A DNA stretch of 64,000 nucleotides from Blasia pusilla (GCA_050084515.1 CM114271.1:5084001-5148000), one strand, 5' to 3'. Positions 42,203 through 53,314 are shown, counted from the stretch's first letter. Numbers and translations are program-made. The notes: generated by a model from the sequence alone, not told the origin.

Positions 42203-43630
42203 ATGGGCCCTAAGTTGACAGGAGGAGAGCAGCGCCGAATACATTTGTTCCTCACGAGTTATAGGAGCTACTTTGTGTTTAGCATGGAGGATTTGGGTAT
42301 GCTAAAGGGACCAGGGATCCGCATTGAGTTGTCGAGTGATACGCCGATCTTCCAAAGACCCTACAGGTACAGTGATATGGAGAGGGCTCTGATTGAGAGT
42401 AGGAGCCAGGACTTGGTTGGAGCACGACTAGTGGAGATGTCGCATGGGGAGTATGCATCTGCCACTGTCATGCTCGCCAAGAAGGATGTACATGGCAACT
42501 GGACGGATAGGCGGATGTGTGGAGATTATCGACCTATCAATCGGCAGATAAAGTTCGATAGGTATGCCATGCCCACCGCTGAGGAGATCTTTGATGCAAT
42601 TGGTCACGCAAAGGTCTTTAGTTCATTCGATTTGCAAGCCGGATACCATCAACTGCCTATCAGATTGGAGGACAGGCAGAAGACGGCATTTTGGGGCATC
42701 GATCCTCATGGGAAGGATTATTTGTACCAGTGGCAGTTCTTACCATTTGGGTTAAAGAACGTCCCGGCTGAGTTTCACAGGGTCATGGATAGGATCTTCG
42801 CTGGTATGGATTTTGCTAGGTGTTATATTGATGATATTGTATTCTTTAGCGCCACGATTGAGGAGCATGAGCGACATCTAGAGGAGGTGTTTTGATGATT
42901 GCAATTACATGGGTTGAAGCTACATCCAAGCAAGTGCAAGTTCTTCTACGGCCATATTGAGTACTTGGGTCATACGATATACCCAGAGGGCTTTGGTGTT
43001 TAGGAGAAGAAGGTAAAGGCTATCTCACGCATTCCACGCCCTATAGATGTGAGCCGTGTTCGCGCATTCATGGGATTGCAAACTTTTATCAAACGGTACG
43101 TCAAGGGATTCAGTTTGATTGCGAAGCCGTTGACCTTGCTAACCAAGGTGGATCACGAGTGGCACCGGGGGGATGAGTAGGAGCGAGCATTTCAATTGCT
43201 CAAGGACAAGTTGACGTGTGGGCCCATCTTGAGGAGATCGATCAAGGGTCATCCTTTCCAGTTGCACACAGATTGGAGTATGTTGGGGCTTGGAGCGGTG
43301 CTCACCCAGATGATGATGAGCGTAGAGAGTTCGTGGTGGCTTACGCTAGCCGCTCGAACAACACTGCAGAGGCAAAATACAGCTCGTATGAGGGTGAGTG
43401 CTTGGCTGCAGGGTGGGCTGTCTCACATTTCAGGTGTTACTTATTGGGCAACCCCTTTACCATCATCACTGATCATCAACCACTGAAGTGGTTGATGGAG
43501 TCCAACAAGCTTACAGGGAAGCTTGCGAGATGGGCTCTGTTGTTGCAAGAGTATGATTTTCAGGTGGTACAGAGATCTAGGACGCTCAACCAAGATGCAG
43601 ATGGGTTGAGTCGTAACCCATGCCCGAGTC
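42203..43630 (+). pseudogene. pol: Ty3/gypsy reverse transcriptase and RNase H
   Basis: RMCGDYRPIN, FDLQAGYHQ, LPFGLKN, YIDD (about 42824). RNase H: LHTDWS..LGAVL, EGECLA, TDHQPL, DADGLSR. Stops and frameshifts present. Confidence 0.95.
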
Positions 43631-43971
43631 AGCGAGATGCGATTAGAGCTCGATGGCATGGAGAGAGTGATGAGGAGTCCGTGCCAGGATGGCACGCGTC
43701 AGCCTATTTAGGCATGTTGGCTATGGAGAGCCAGAGTGTGGAGACTTCGATGGCGAGGTCTAGTGGAGAGTCCTTGGATCCCGAGGCCAGTGAGGAGACC
43801 ACAGGTGGTCGAGATATTCATGATGACGGAGTAGTCTTGGAGTACCTTCGTACTGGTAGCGTTGCAAGCACCGTGGGTGCTAGAGAGCGGGATCGGATCC
43901 TACAACGGGCTAGACGGTTCCGGTAGGAGGGAACACATGTTCTGAGGGTTTGGGAGGATGGTAGAGTACGT

Positions 43972-45060
43972 GTGGTGCCGCATCCTTTGCAGAGAGCACG
44001 AATAGTGCAGCATGCCCACGAGGAGTTGGGTCACTTTGGGGTGAAGCGGACGTACAACTTGCTCCAGATTCAGTATTGGTGGCGAGGCATGCAGATTGAC
44101 GTTCAACAGTTTGTTGCTAGGTGCATGGTGTGTGATGGGGTCCGAGCATTGTTCAATGCTTCGACTCCACAATTGCATCCATTACCGATCATGGGCTTAG
44201 GTTATAGATGGAGTTTGGATTTCGCACGACCTTTGAACTTTGACGGAGCATCACAGTCGTTATATGTTGGTGATGGTCGAGCACTTCTCGAAGTGGATCG
44301 AGTTGGTTGCATTGCCTGAAAAAGCGAGTGAGGGAGTAGCTTATGCCTTCCTTGACAGAGTGCTGAGTCATTATGGCGCACCGGCTGAGGTGTTGACAGA
44401 CAAGGGTACCGAGTTTCACGGTGAGTTCCAGGCCTTGTGTGATCAGGCGCTGATCGGCCACCGCACGACTTCGCGAGATCATCCTGAGGCGGATGGATTA
44501 GCGGAGAGAGTTGTGCAGACGATGAAGAGGGGTTTACGCAAGTAAGGCTTGCAAAGAGGTCACCTAGGAGATTGGGACCTCCAGTTGCCATGGTTGGCGA
44601 TGGGATACAGATTTAGCAGGCATGCATCCTTAGCGTTTTTTTCACCTTACTTGCTACTTTATGGCCGAGAGCTAGATTTACTTGCGGCCATTGGTCGAGA
44701 TGCAGGTGAGGTGCTGGACCTTGATGACCCAGATGTATGGATGCGAGCATGTTCTCATAGGGCTGAGTTGTTTTGGAGAGTGATGCCCATGGCGTTTGAG
44801 AACTTGGCGATTGCGCAACATCGGGATACGTTGAGGTATGCGACTATTCGGGGTGGTGGTTATCGACCAAATATCCGGAGGTTTCATCAGGGAGATTATA
44901 TCTACTTGCAGCAGACGGCATCGACGACGTTGGATGTGACTGCAGGGCGCACTATCCTGAGACTCCGTGACGTTTTGCCATCTGGTGTTGTCTTGCTAGA
45001 GGGACGCGATGGTATGGTATGGAAGGACCATGTGCATAATTGTGCGCCATGTCACCTTCC
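43972..45060 (+). pseudogene. DDE (rve) integrase
   Basis: HHCC finger HEELGH..CMVC. Catalytic SLDF, LTDKGTEF, GLAERVVQTMK. Confidence 0.93.
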
Positions 45061-45109
45061 TAACATTGATGGTACAGTAGATCCGAGCTTAGAAGAAGTT
45101 CTTGCAGGC

Positions 45110-45256
45110 TGGCATTATATGTTGTGTGGTTCTGCCCGTGGTACGACCACGATACTAATATGTGATGGATGTTTGAGAGGTTGGCATATGGCATGTGTGA
45201 CGCCATCTCTTAGTAGGGTTCTTTGGGGACGATGGATGTGTCCCAGATGTATATAG
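45110..45256 (+). pseudogene. PHD finger at the integrase C-terminus
   Basis: YMLCGS..ILICDGCLRGWHMACVTPSLSRVLWGRWMCPRC matches C4HC3 PHD spacing (first Cys>Tyr). In frame with the integrase and ends at the pol stop. Confidence 0.88.
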
Positions 45257-45440
45257 AGGAGATACTAGGTAGGTTTCAATTTCGACTTTTTTTGTGACGT
45301 GGATGATAGGAAGGCGACTAACGATGGGGCCATATGAGCACCCGACCTTTTGCTCTTAGTGTTCTAGAGATGTATGTCATGGTAGGTAGGGATAGATGGC
45401 TATCTGGAGTTAGAGGGACCTAACCACCAACTAGGGGGCG

Positions 45441-46215
45441 ATTGGAGATATTTTAATACTTCTTGTCTCGTTGTTTGGATGCCATGAGTTAGCATGGGAT
45501 CGTGGGTGTTTGTATGTGTGTTCGGTGACAACGATGTATGTTGTGTAGCAATGTGTATGCGCACGACAACTGTCACATTTTTTAGGATAGATCGGTAAGA
45601 TCTAGTAGAGCGTCTTTGTGAGTAGTGGAGGACATGCTCAGTAGGTCGAGGATGACTTGTTGAGGCCCCGGGAAACTTGAGAGATTAGGTTTTTCCCTTT
45701 GTTTCGGCTCATTTGGAGCCATGTTGAAGAACTTACTATTTTAGGTAAGTACTATTTTGAATATGTGATCGACTTTTTATTTTTGGTAATTGGCCCTTGA
45801 CCTCCTACATCAGGTCAAGAGCCAATGAGGTGACTTGGGAGAATAGGTTACCATGGAGAGAGCTTGGGAGAGGGGAGGGATATACCTCAAGGAGAGAGAG
45901 CTTGAGAGCTCATTCTCTCTTTGTTGAACCTCTTGGCATGAGGCGTCGGAGATATGGTCTTGCTTGCCTTGTGTGTGTAACCCAAGCCTCTCATTAGGAG
46001 AGTGGGTTTGGTTTGACATTGAGAGAGACATGTGAGAGTGCACACATGTGAGAACTATGATGTTGTAAGAGAGATTGGATCTTACTTTATTGGAGATATT
46101 TTAGTACTTCTTGTCTCGTTGTTTGGATGCCATGAGTTAGCATGGGATCGTGCGTGTTTGTGTGTGTGTTCGGTGATAGCGATGGTATTATGTAGCGATA
46201 TATATGCGCACGACA
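45441..46215 (+). repeat. 3' block B1-(ac)-A2-B2
   Basis: B1 45441-45568 repeats as B2 46089-46215. Junction gcacgaCA-ac-TGtcac at 45561-45576. Confidence 0.9.
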
Positions 46216-46588
46216 AGGGAGAGGAACAAAATCAAGCAACTTCCCATCATCTTGTGTTAGTTTAATATGGTCAAGCGAATGAGTTGCTTTAACATATGAT
46301 AAGTCAAGGAGCATGGAAATTGGCAAATGCATTTCATGCCTATGTTTTTGGAGTTGATCCAAACATATTCCACCAAAAATAAGGTCCGATAGCCTTGTGG
46401 CATCTTTCCTTGTTAGGGACGATTCTTTGAAATCTACATTTATGAAGTGCAAGGCTTCTTTCTCGATTCCCGCAACAAAAATGGATGAAATAATTTGTGG
46501 TTAGATGAAGCTCTTATTTAAGTGAAAGTATAAATGCGAGAGCACAATAGTTTCAATGTAAAAGAGGATACACTGACCTAGTGCTCGT

Positions 46589-47224
46589 TGTCACATATTT
46601 TAGGATAGATCGACGAGATCTAGTAGAGAGCCTTTGCAAGTAGTGGAGGACAACCTCAAGAGGTTTAGGATGACCTACTTTTGCCACGTATAACCTGAGC
46701 AGGTTTCCCCTTCGTTTCGACTCATTTGGAGCCAAATAGAAAAAACTTACTATTTTGAGTAAGTTTCCACATTGAGTAAAGTTGACTTTAAATTTTTAGA
46801 AGTGACCCGCTATAATAGGTCAAGAGCCAAGGAGGTGACTTGCGAGCATAGATTACCGTGGAGAGAGCTTGGGAGAGGGAAGGGGATATACCTCCAAGAG
46901 AGAGAAAGAGAGTTTGAGAGCTCATTCTCTCTTTATTGAACCTCTTCGCATGAGACGGCGGAGCTATGGTCCTCCTTGCCGTGTGTGTGTAACCCAAGCC
47001 TCTCATTAGGAGAGTGGTTTTTTTTCACTTGAGATAGAGAGAGATCGAGTATGCACATTTATGAGACCTTATTGATGGAGAGATCCACTTGATTTAATTA
47101 GAGATATTTTGGTACTTCTCCTCTCGTTATGTGGATTCCAAGAGTTAGCATGTGATCGTGTGTGTTTGTATGTGAATTCGGTCACAACGATGTATGTTGT
47201 GTAGCGATGTGTATGCACACGACA
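46589..47224 (+). mobile_element. Solo A+B terminal unit, subfamily 1 (diverged)
   Basis: tgtcac...acgaca, colinear with 45571-46215. TSD not clearly preserved (tcgt/tgat). Confidence 0.8.
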
Positions 47225-47269
47225 TGATCCATCTTTGTGAATTCTATAAAAATTGGAGTTCCACACCCG

Positions 47270-48774
47270 TGTTGTGCGCATACACATCGCCACACAACCC
47301 ACATCGCTGGTCACATCTACACACCACACAACATCGATCTTCCCCAACATATAGGTAGATCTACACATAAAAAAAAAATAACACTCACGCATATACACCG
47401 AGATCCCATAATCGTCCCCAAAAATTTGAGTAGTATAAACGGCTCACCCGGCCTAAAACTCCACTCATGAATCTACATCAACATATCAAACCACATCCAC
47501 CCTCCGCTATGAGAGAATCGAATGCTAGCACCCTAACTCCTACACACCCATACACGTATATGCAAGAGAGGTGCTCCTAAGGCTCAACATGAGAAAGATG
47601 GCTTGAGAAAGCCATCCCTCTCACTCTTATATCCTTGGAAAGAGCCAAAAGGCTCTTCTCCCAAAAATAGTTGTGGGTTCGAATCCGACTCCTGCCAAAA
47701 AAGGTCATAAATGGGTGAGAAAAAATGGAGAAGAACTTTCACCTTCATGGAAACTCAGTTCAATCACTCCGCCATCAGAGTGCGGATGAATGCGGAATGT
47801 GTTTACCCAATGATCTATTAAATATAAAACCATGCTTGCCGTGACGATCCACAGGCTCTAAAATAGGGATGTTATGGGGGCCAGTAGATTAGCTTAGGCA
47901 ATATAACCAATGTTTCCAATGAAAATAGAAACTTTCGGCGAGCTCCCGCGCTTCAAATGCAGGGCCCGAGCACTGTCAGACAAAAAAAGGGTCCCAAACT
48001 TTGTTTTGTCGGACATCACAAAACCAAAAAATTGTCCGACAAAACATAGGGCTGAGGACTTTTTTTCCAATGATTCACAACGACTTCTAGCCCTTGTGTT
48101 GGGGTGACGTCTCCCAAATAAAATCCTTGGTTTAGGCCGGCAGGATGGTTGACCCCAAATGCAGGGGTAGACCGTGCTCTCCACGGCCATGGCTGTCGCC
48201 TCCACCACGATCTTTATGTTCTATAGGTTGAGACTTAATGTAGCTTGTTTTATGAACCATCAATTCTAAGTTTAGAGTAGCTATTAGGATTTTTTGAAAC
48301 CGATCCTAGCTTATAGATTTTATTCAAAAAATATGCTTGTATGACTTTTGGTTATTACACTCCCAATGGTAACCTGTGTGCAATATTACCGGGTGACCGT
48401 TGACTTGGTGAACGGGTCACCTGACAGACTAAAACCAAAATAAGGAAATCGCCACAAACAATGTTCTTGATGCAACAGAACTTTTTCCAACCTCATCCGA
48501 CATCTTGAGACGAAGTTACATCCAAACAGCTCGATGACTCTCTATACCGTCGATGTGATAGAACTCTATCTACGTCAAAATAAGATATGACAATTATGGT
48601 GCGCATACACATTGCTACGCTACCCACATCGCTGGTCACATCTACACACCTCACAACACCCATCTTCCCCAACATATGGGTAGATCCACACATAAACGAA
48701 ATGCACTCATGCATATACACTAAGACCCCACAACCGCCCCCCTAGTTGGTAGTTGGGTGCCCCTAACTCCATAT
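47270..48774 (-). mobile_element. 3' end (3'UTR-B1-A2-B2) of a subfamily-2 split-repeat element
   Basis: B2 47270 to about 47410; A2 to 48592 with a ~690-bp insert; spacer at; B1 48595 to about 48733. Then ccgcccccctagttggt, matching the 3'UTR motif upstream of B1 at about 45425-45440. Confidence 0.8.
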
Positions 48775-50660
48775 TTTCATGATTTTTAGGATAGATCGGA
48801 GAGATCTAGTAGAGCGCCTTCAAAGATATTGGAGAATAGCTCAAGAGGTCGAGGATGACCTTCTGAGGCCACGGGTAACCTGAGAGAGTAGGTTTCCTAA
48901 GTTTCTCCAAATAGAGAAACTTACTATTTTGAGTAAGTTTCTATTTGGAGTATAGTTGACTTTATACTTTTGGAAGTGGCATTTGACCCGCTACAGGAGG
49001 TCAAGAGGCAAGGAGGTGACATGCGAGCATAAGTTATCGAGGAGAGAGCTTGGGAGAGGGAAGGGGGTATATCTCGAAGAGAGAGAGCTTGAGAGATTTA
49101 CAAAGAGAGAATAAGAGAGTGAGAAAGTTTCAATGGAGGACCTCACTGGTCACTTGCTATTGGTGCAGGTTGGGAATTGTGGTCCCCGTTCAATGGCTCA
49201 TGGGAGTGCTCAGTGGAGCAAGGGTGCCTTTGGATGTGCTGTGCGATTGCCGATTTTTTGTGTGGAAGAGTGGCGCGCGGAAGCGCTGCCCAATTTTTTA
49301 TAAGGATTGAGTATGGGGCGGGTTGCTCCATTCTAGTGCTCTTGGGAGCACAATGTAGCTTTCTGGTTTTTTTGTTTACAAGTTTGAAGTTTTTGTTGGG
49401 AGAAATCAGCGTGGAAGCGCTGCCAAATTTTGTGTAGGAGAAGAGACGTGGGCTACACGACAATCCCCGTCAGTTTTTATTGGAAGGTTGAATGAAGAAT
49501 CCAATTAAATGAGGTCATACATCGGAAAGTTGTGCACATTGTGGAAGAAACAATATGCAATTTTGAGTTTGGAGCAGAAAGTTGTGGTTGATTGAGCAAG
49601 CTGCCATAGCCACCATGCTACCGTGTGAGTGAAATTTCCAATATTCCTTGGTAATTTCTTGAGTGGTAGAGAAAAATAAAAAAAATCATTGTTACCTTGG
49701 TGGATAGGACAAGGGCACCGGCCCTTGGAAGTAGAAGTTGAGTGGAAAAATTATTTGAGGAGAGTTGACCCACCAATTATGGAGAATGAGTCAATTTGTA
49801 AATTTGTCAGAAGGGGGCAGTCAAGTTAAGCAATTTTAGTTGAGACCCAGTTTTCCCGCGGTGTATTTTAGTAAGAAGACAAAATTTGGTGGGGGGGGGG
49901 GAGCCGCATCCTCTTCCGGGGATGCCGCATTGCCACTGTGAGTGGGGTTGCGCTGCCGTTGTCAACTCTAAACCCTACGTCACTACCTTTAAGCTTCCGC
50001 CTTTGCTGTTCCGTCTAAGCCAGCTGCTGTCAACGTCGGACCAGTTGTTGTAGCCGCTTGACTCTTGTTACTTATTTTAATAAATGGGGCTATTTTGTGG
50101 TCCGACTGAGCCTCTGTCTCCCAACACCCTTCACCATTCCGGAGGGCAAGTGACCTTTAAGGATTGGTGGGGTCCGAGTATTCATCATGCTTTGCTATGT
50201 CGTGATTTGTAGCCGCTCATTGACAATCAAGTACTTTGCCGTGATGCCCGTAGCCGCAATGCGTCGCCAATTTTTGGGCCATGCCGCTCGTGGCCGCACT
50301 GTCTCGATCACGGAGCCGCATCATCATTGTGGAGCAGATTATGTTTTTTTGATTGAGGAGGATATGCCGTTGAGTGCCGCACCCCATTTCTAAGTGCCAT
50401 GTCGTCTGTAGCCGTTACGTGCCGCACCGTACCGCTGGACCTGCACCGCACATCGAGCAGATTTGAGCATCATCAATACCAGAGGAGTACGACTTGCTGC
50501 TTGGAGGAGTAGTCTTCACAACCGAGTTGGGGTCAAAGTTTTTCAGTTGCTGAGGAGCGACATCGACACTTGTTGTTAGGTTATCCATTTTGGTCATTTG
50601 CCCCATACGTGTTAGGGATTTTTGGGTATTGGGAAGTTATTTTGGATAGTCTCACAAGAT
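48775..50660 (+). mobile_element. 5' fragment (partly deleted A1 plus leader) of a subfamily-1 element
   Basis: Homologous to 35789 to about 37700. A is followed directly by the ttacaaagagaga leader. Confidence 0.8.
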
Positions 50661-52599
50661 CCGCGTACGTCTCTGGGATGTGAGGCATACGAAAGAGGGC
50701 CTTTTCGGCACTCGGTTTGAGCCCACTTAGGAAGATCACCTTTTTTGTATGTTCGTCCATGGAAAGTGCACTCATGAGTGCACTAAAATCTCGCACATAA
50801 GCGCCAAGTGATCCACTCTGGCGCAACCTCACCACCTCCATCCCATCACGATACTCTTGATATTCCGGAGTGAATCAGTTCCCAATCAACTCCTTGAAAT
50901 CTTCCCAACTCAACATTTTCCCACGACCTAGATGTTCTTTACGGTGAGCCGTCCACCAATGGAGAGCATGATCCTTCAGAAACGTGACCGCTCTGATCAC
51001 TTTGTCTTGTTAAATCCGCCTTTGCGCCGAAATAAAGTTCGAGTTTTGTTAGAAACTCGCTCACTTTCCGAGAACGCCCCATTCTTGTGAATGGCGTTGG
51101 AAAATTAGTCTTACAAAGCTTCTTGCCAGAACTAGAGGCTCCATTTGACTTGAATTCCGGTATCACCTTGCTCTGTTCGGCCATCTGGTCCGCCATCACC
51201 TTCATCAATCCCATCATTTGGATATAAAAGGCCGGATCGTTTAAGTTTGGACCCGAAGGTCCCGCGGAAAGATTTTCGGTTGGAACATCCTCATGTCTGG
51301 GACTCGGCACTTCGGGAGTCGCAAATTCCACCTCTGGCTCTCGGTCCGTCATTGATTCGTCTCTCGGCTTCTTTGCTTTGACTCGCGGTTTCCTCGGTTC
51401 TTCGCCTTTGGTCGCCATTTGCGAGTCGTCACTTTCTCAGATCTCCTCCTCGCCTCTTGCATTCCTCCTCGGCATCGCGATCTTTCGGCTACCTTGAATT
51501 CTCCCCAAACGTCCAGATCTTTAACGCCCCCAAGTTCACGCTCATCAAGGAATTGCTCTGATACCACGTGTCGTGCACCTACTCTCCTTGAACGTTAATC
51601 TTGTTTGTTGCGGAAGCGTGCGTTCAGTAGATCACGCTCTCAACGCTGATCTGCATCCAAACACGCATTTTGGTTAGTCGGGTCTTGGATCAATCAGCGG
51701 GATTACTTTCCGAGTTCTTGTCTCGGACTCTCATCAAGCTCAACCTTCCTAGTTTCGCGGTTTACAACACGGGAAAATCTCGAAAGACTTGGGACAGACT
51801 TTCTGGTCGGTTCAGGAACCTGAAACGGCGTTTCGCGCCTAGCGGTTCCAACTGTCCGATGGACATCCAATGAGTTCCTCACCAAGACTCGCACGAAGTG
51901 AATCTCAGGTTGGAATCCAAGTGTGGCGTACAAAGTCCACTCCCTTGGATTAGGTTTGGGTTTCGGGTTTCCGCGCCAAACTCCGGTTCCATCCCGTGCC
52001 TCTGAAACGCCGTTTGGCGCCCAAAGTGGGGATTCGTTTCCCGAGACATCTCGGAGAGGGTGCTCCCTTACTAGTACTTCTGGGGATCTCCGGGGGCCCC
52101 CTACATTTAGGGAAAGACACCCGGGCCTCTCCAATTGGCCCTCAACCTGATTGCTCTCTCAATCGTTTTCGGCCAATATCTCAGTTTGTACTTATGTGTT
52201 TGCTAAGATCTTTAGTGCGTTGGAAGCGTCTCAAGATCAGCTTTCCAACGCGCCCTTAGTTGTCCCAAACGCATCTTGGAGCTCAACGTTATGGTCCTAA
52301 ACACAGTCAGATTCTCCTAAACGCTAGTCGTGTTCCAAATTGGTTCTCACCTCTTTGGCAACCAACCTCCCAAGACTCAACTCATCTCAAGTCTCGGCTC
52401 GCGTTTGGTCTAGGTTTCCTGGTTGCGACCACTAACGCATGAAACGCACAACTCTATTCCGTGTTTCGTCTCTTAGACTTTTCCAAGAGACTCTTCCAAA
52501 CGCCTCTCCAAAGCGCAAACCTCGCAGCGTGAGTTCCTTTGAGTTCTGACATTTCGCTTGGCGCCTATTTGGTGTTGTTTGGTTATGAGGGTCGCGACA
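50660..52599 (-). mobile_element. Conventional gypsy (chromovirus family) 5' fragment: LTR 51569-52599, tRNA-iMet PBS, truncated gag
   Basis: TG...CA LTR of 1031 bp. PBS TGGTATCAGAGC on the minus strand at 51555-51566. gag peptides VSEFLTKLELYF and LRQSGSLGAYVRDF..FLSGLKP. Confidence 0.88.
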
Positions 52600-52660
52600 A
52601 AGCTTCACTGAATTCCCAATGAATTGGAATTCATATAATTCAAAAAACCCAGATCCTCTC

Positions 52661-53314
52661 TTACCCGCTCGAAAATTGGGTGGGTGCCTTGACCAGCCAA
52701 CTTGTCTGAGACAGAAGTTGGCAAATCGACTGGGAACTCGTCGATCCGATAGAGGTGGATGTCTTCCGCCGGGCTTGCAGACGAGAATGACCACTCTCCG
52801 GCTTCTTCGAAATGTCCACCATCTCCACGCTGGCGGTCCTCATGACCTCATCGTCCGTGATTTGAACTTCTGGCGTTTCCACTATGTTGATTGTGTCCCC
52901 GGACTTCATCGGGGACATTTCCCGCATCTCAACACTTTTGGTTAGATGGGCAGGGCTGTCATCAATGGCTATCGCTTTTTCCCTCCTCGCTTTAGCCAAT
53001 TCTACTCTCCTCACCGACGCGTCCAGACCCTTCTTTTCTCTCTTTTCGTCGGCAATCCTTTTCTTCAAGGCCTGCGACGTCTTAGCCTCTGCGTTTTGTC
53101 TATCGAGCGCCTCTTGAACACATCTCGTAAGAAGCTCCTGGTTGTGCATCTCCGCTTCCCTTTCCTGCTCCTCGATTTCCTGTTGCCTAATTTCATTTTC
53201 CGAATGAGGCCCTGGAGATGCTGACGTAGGAGTCCTAATGGACTTCGGAGTGAAGCTCCCAGACTTGTTTGCTTGTGATTTTTTCCTCGTCATTTTTTCC
53301 GGAAATGCCTCCAC
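52661..53314 (-). CDS. Hypothetical charged, coiled-coil-like ORF, divergent from the MULE transposase and probably part of that element
   Basis: 217-aa open frame, E/K/R-rich helical stretch, no recognisable domain. Confidence 0.35.
   Translation of the reverse strand: MEAFPEKMTRKKSQANKSGSFTPKSIRTPTSASPGPHSENEIRQQEIEEQEREAEMHNQELLTRCVQEALDRQNAEAKTSQALKKRIADEKREKKGLDASVRRVELAKARREKAIAIDDSPAHLTKSVEMREMSPMKSGDTINIVETPEVQITDDEVMRTASVEMVDISKKPESGHSRLQARRKTSTSIGSTSSQSICQLLSQTSWLVKAPTQFSSG

Larger units (their letters stand above)
35789..46215 (+). mobile_element. Near-complete 10.4-kb Ty3/gypsy-type retrotransposon with split direct repeats; gag-PR-DNMT-RT-RH-INT-PHD, decayed
   Basis: Begins TGTCAC and ends ACGACA. 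Flanks agga/aggg (4-bp TSD, one mismatch). A1 35789-36304, B1 45441-45568, A2 45571-46089, B2 46089-46215. Domains listed separately. Confidence 0.93.

Noticed and set aside
35789-46215. DIRS/Ngaro tyrosine-recombinase element, as suggested by split repeats plus a methyltransferase
   Set aside because: No tyrosine recombinase was seen. It has a protease, an HHCC/DDE integrase and TSDs, and the methyltransferase has C5 motifs (PCQ, ENV), not the adenine type of typical DIRS.
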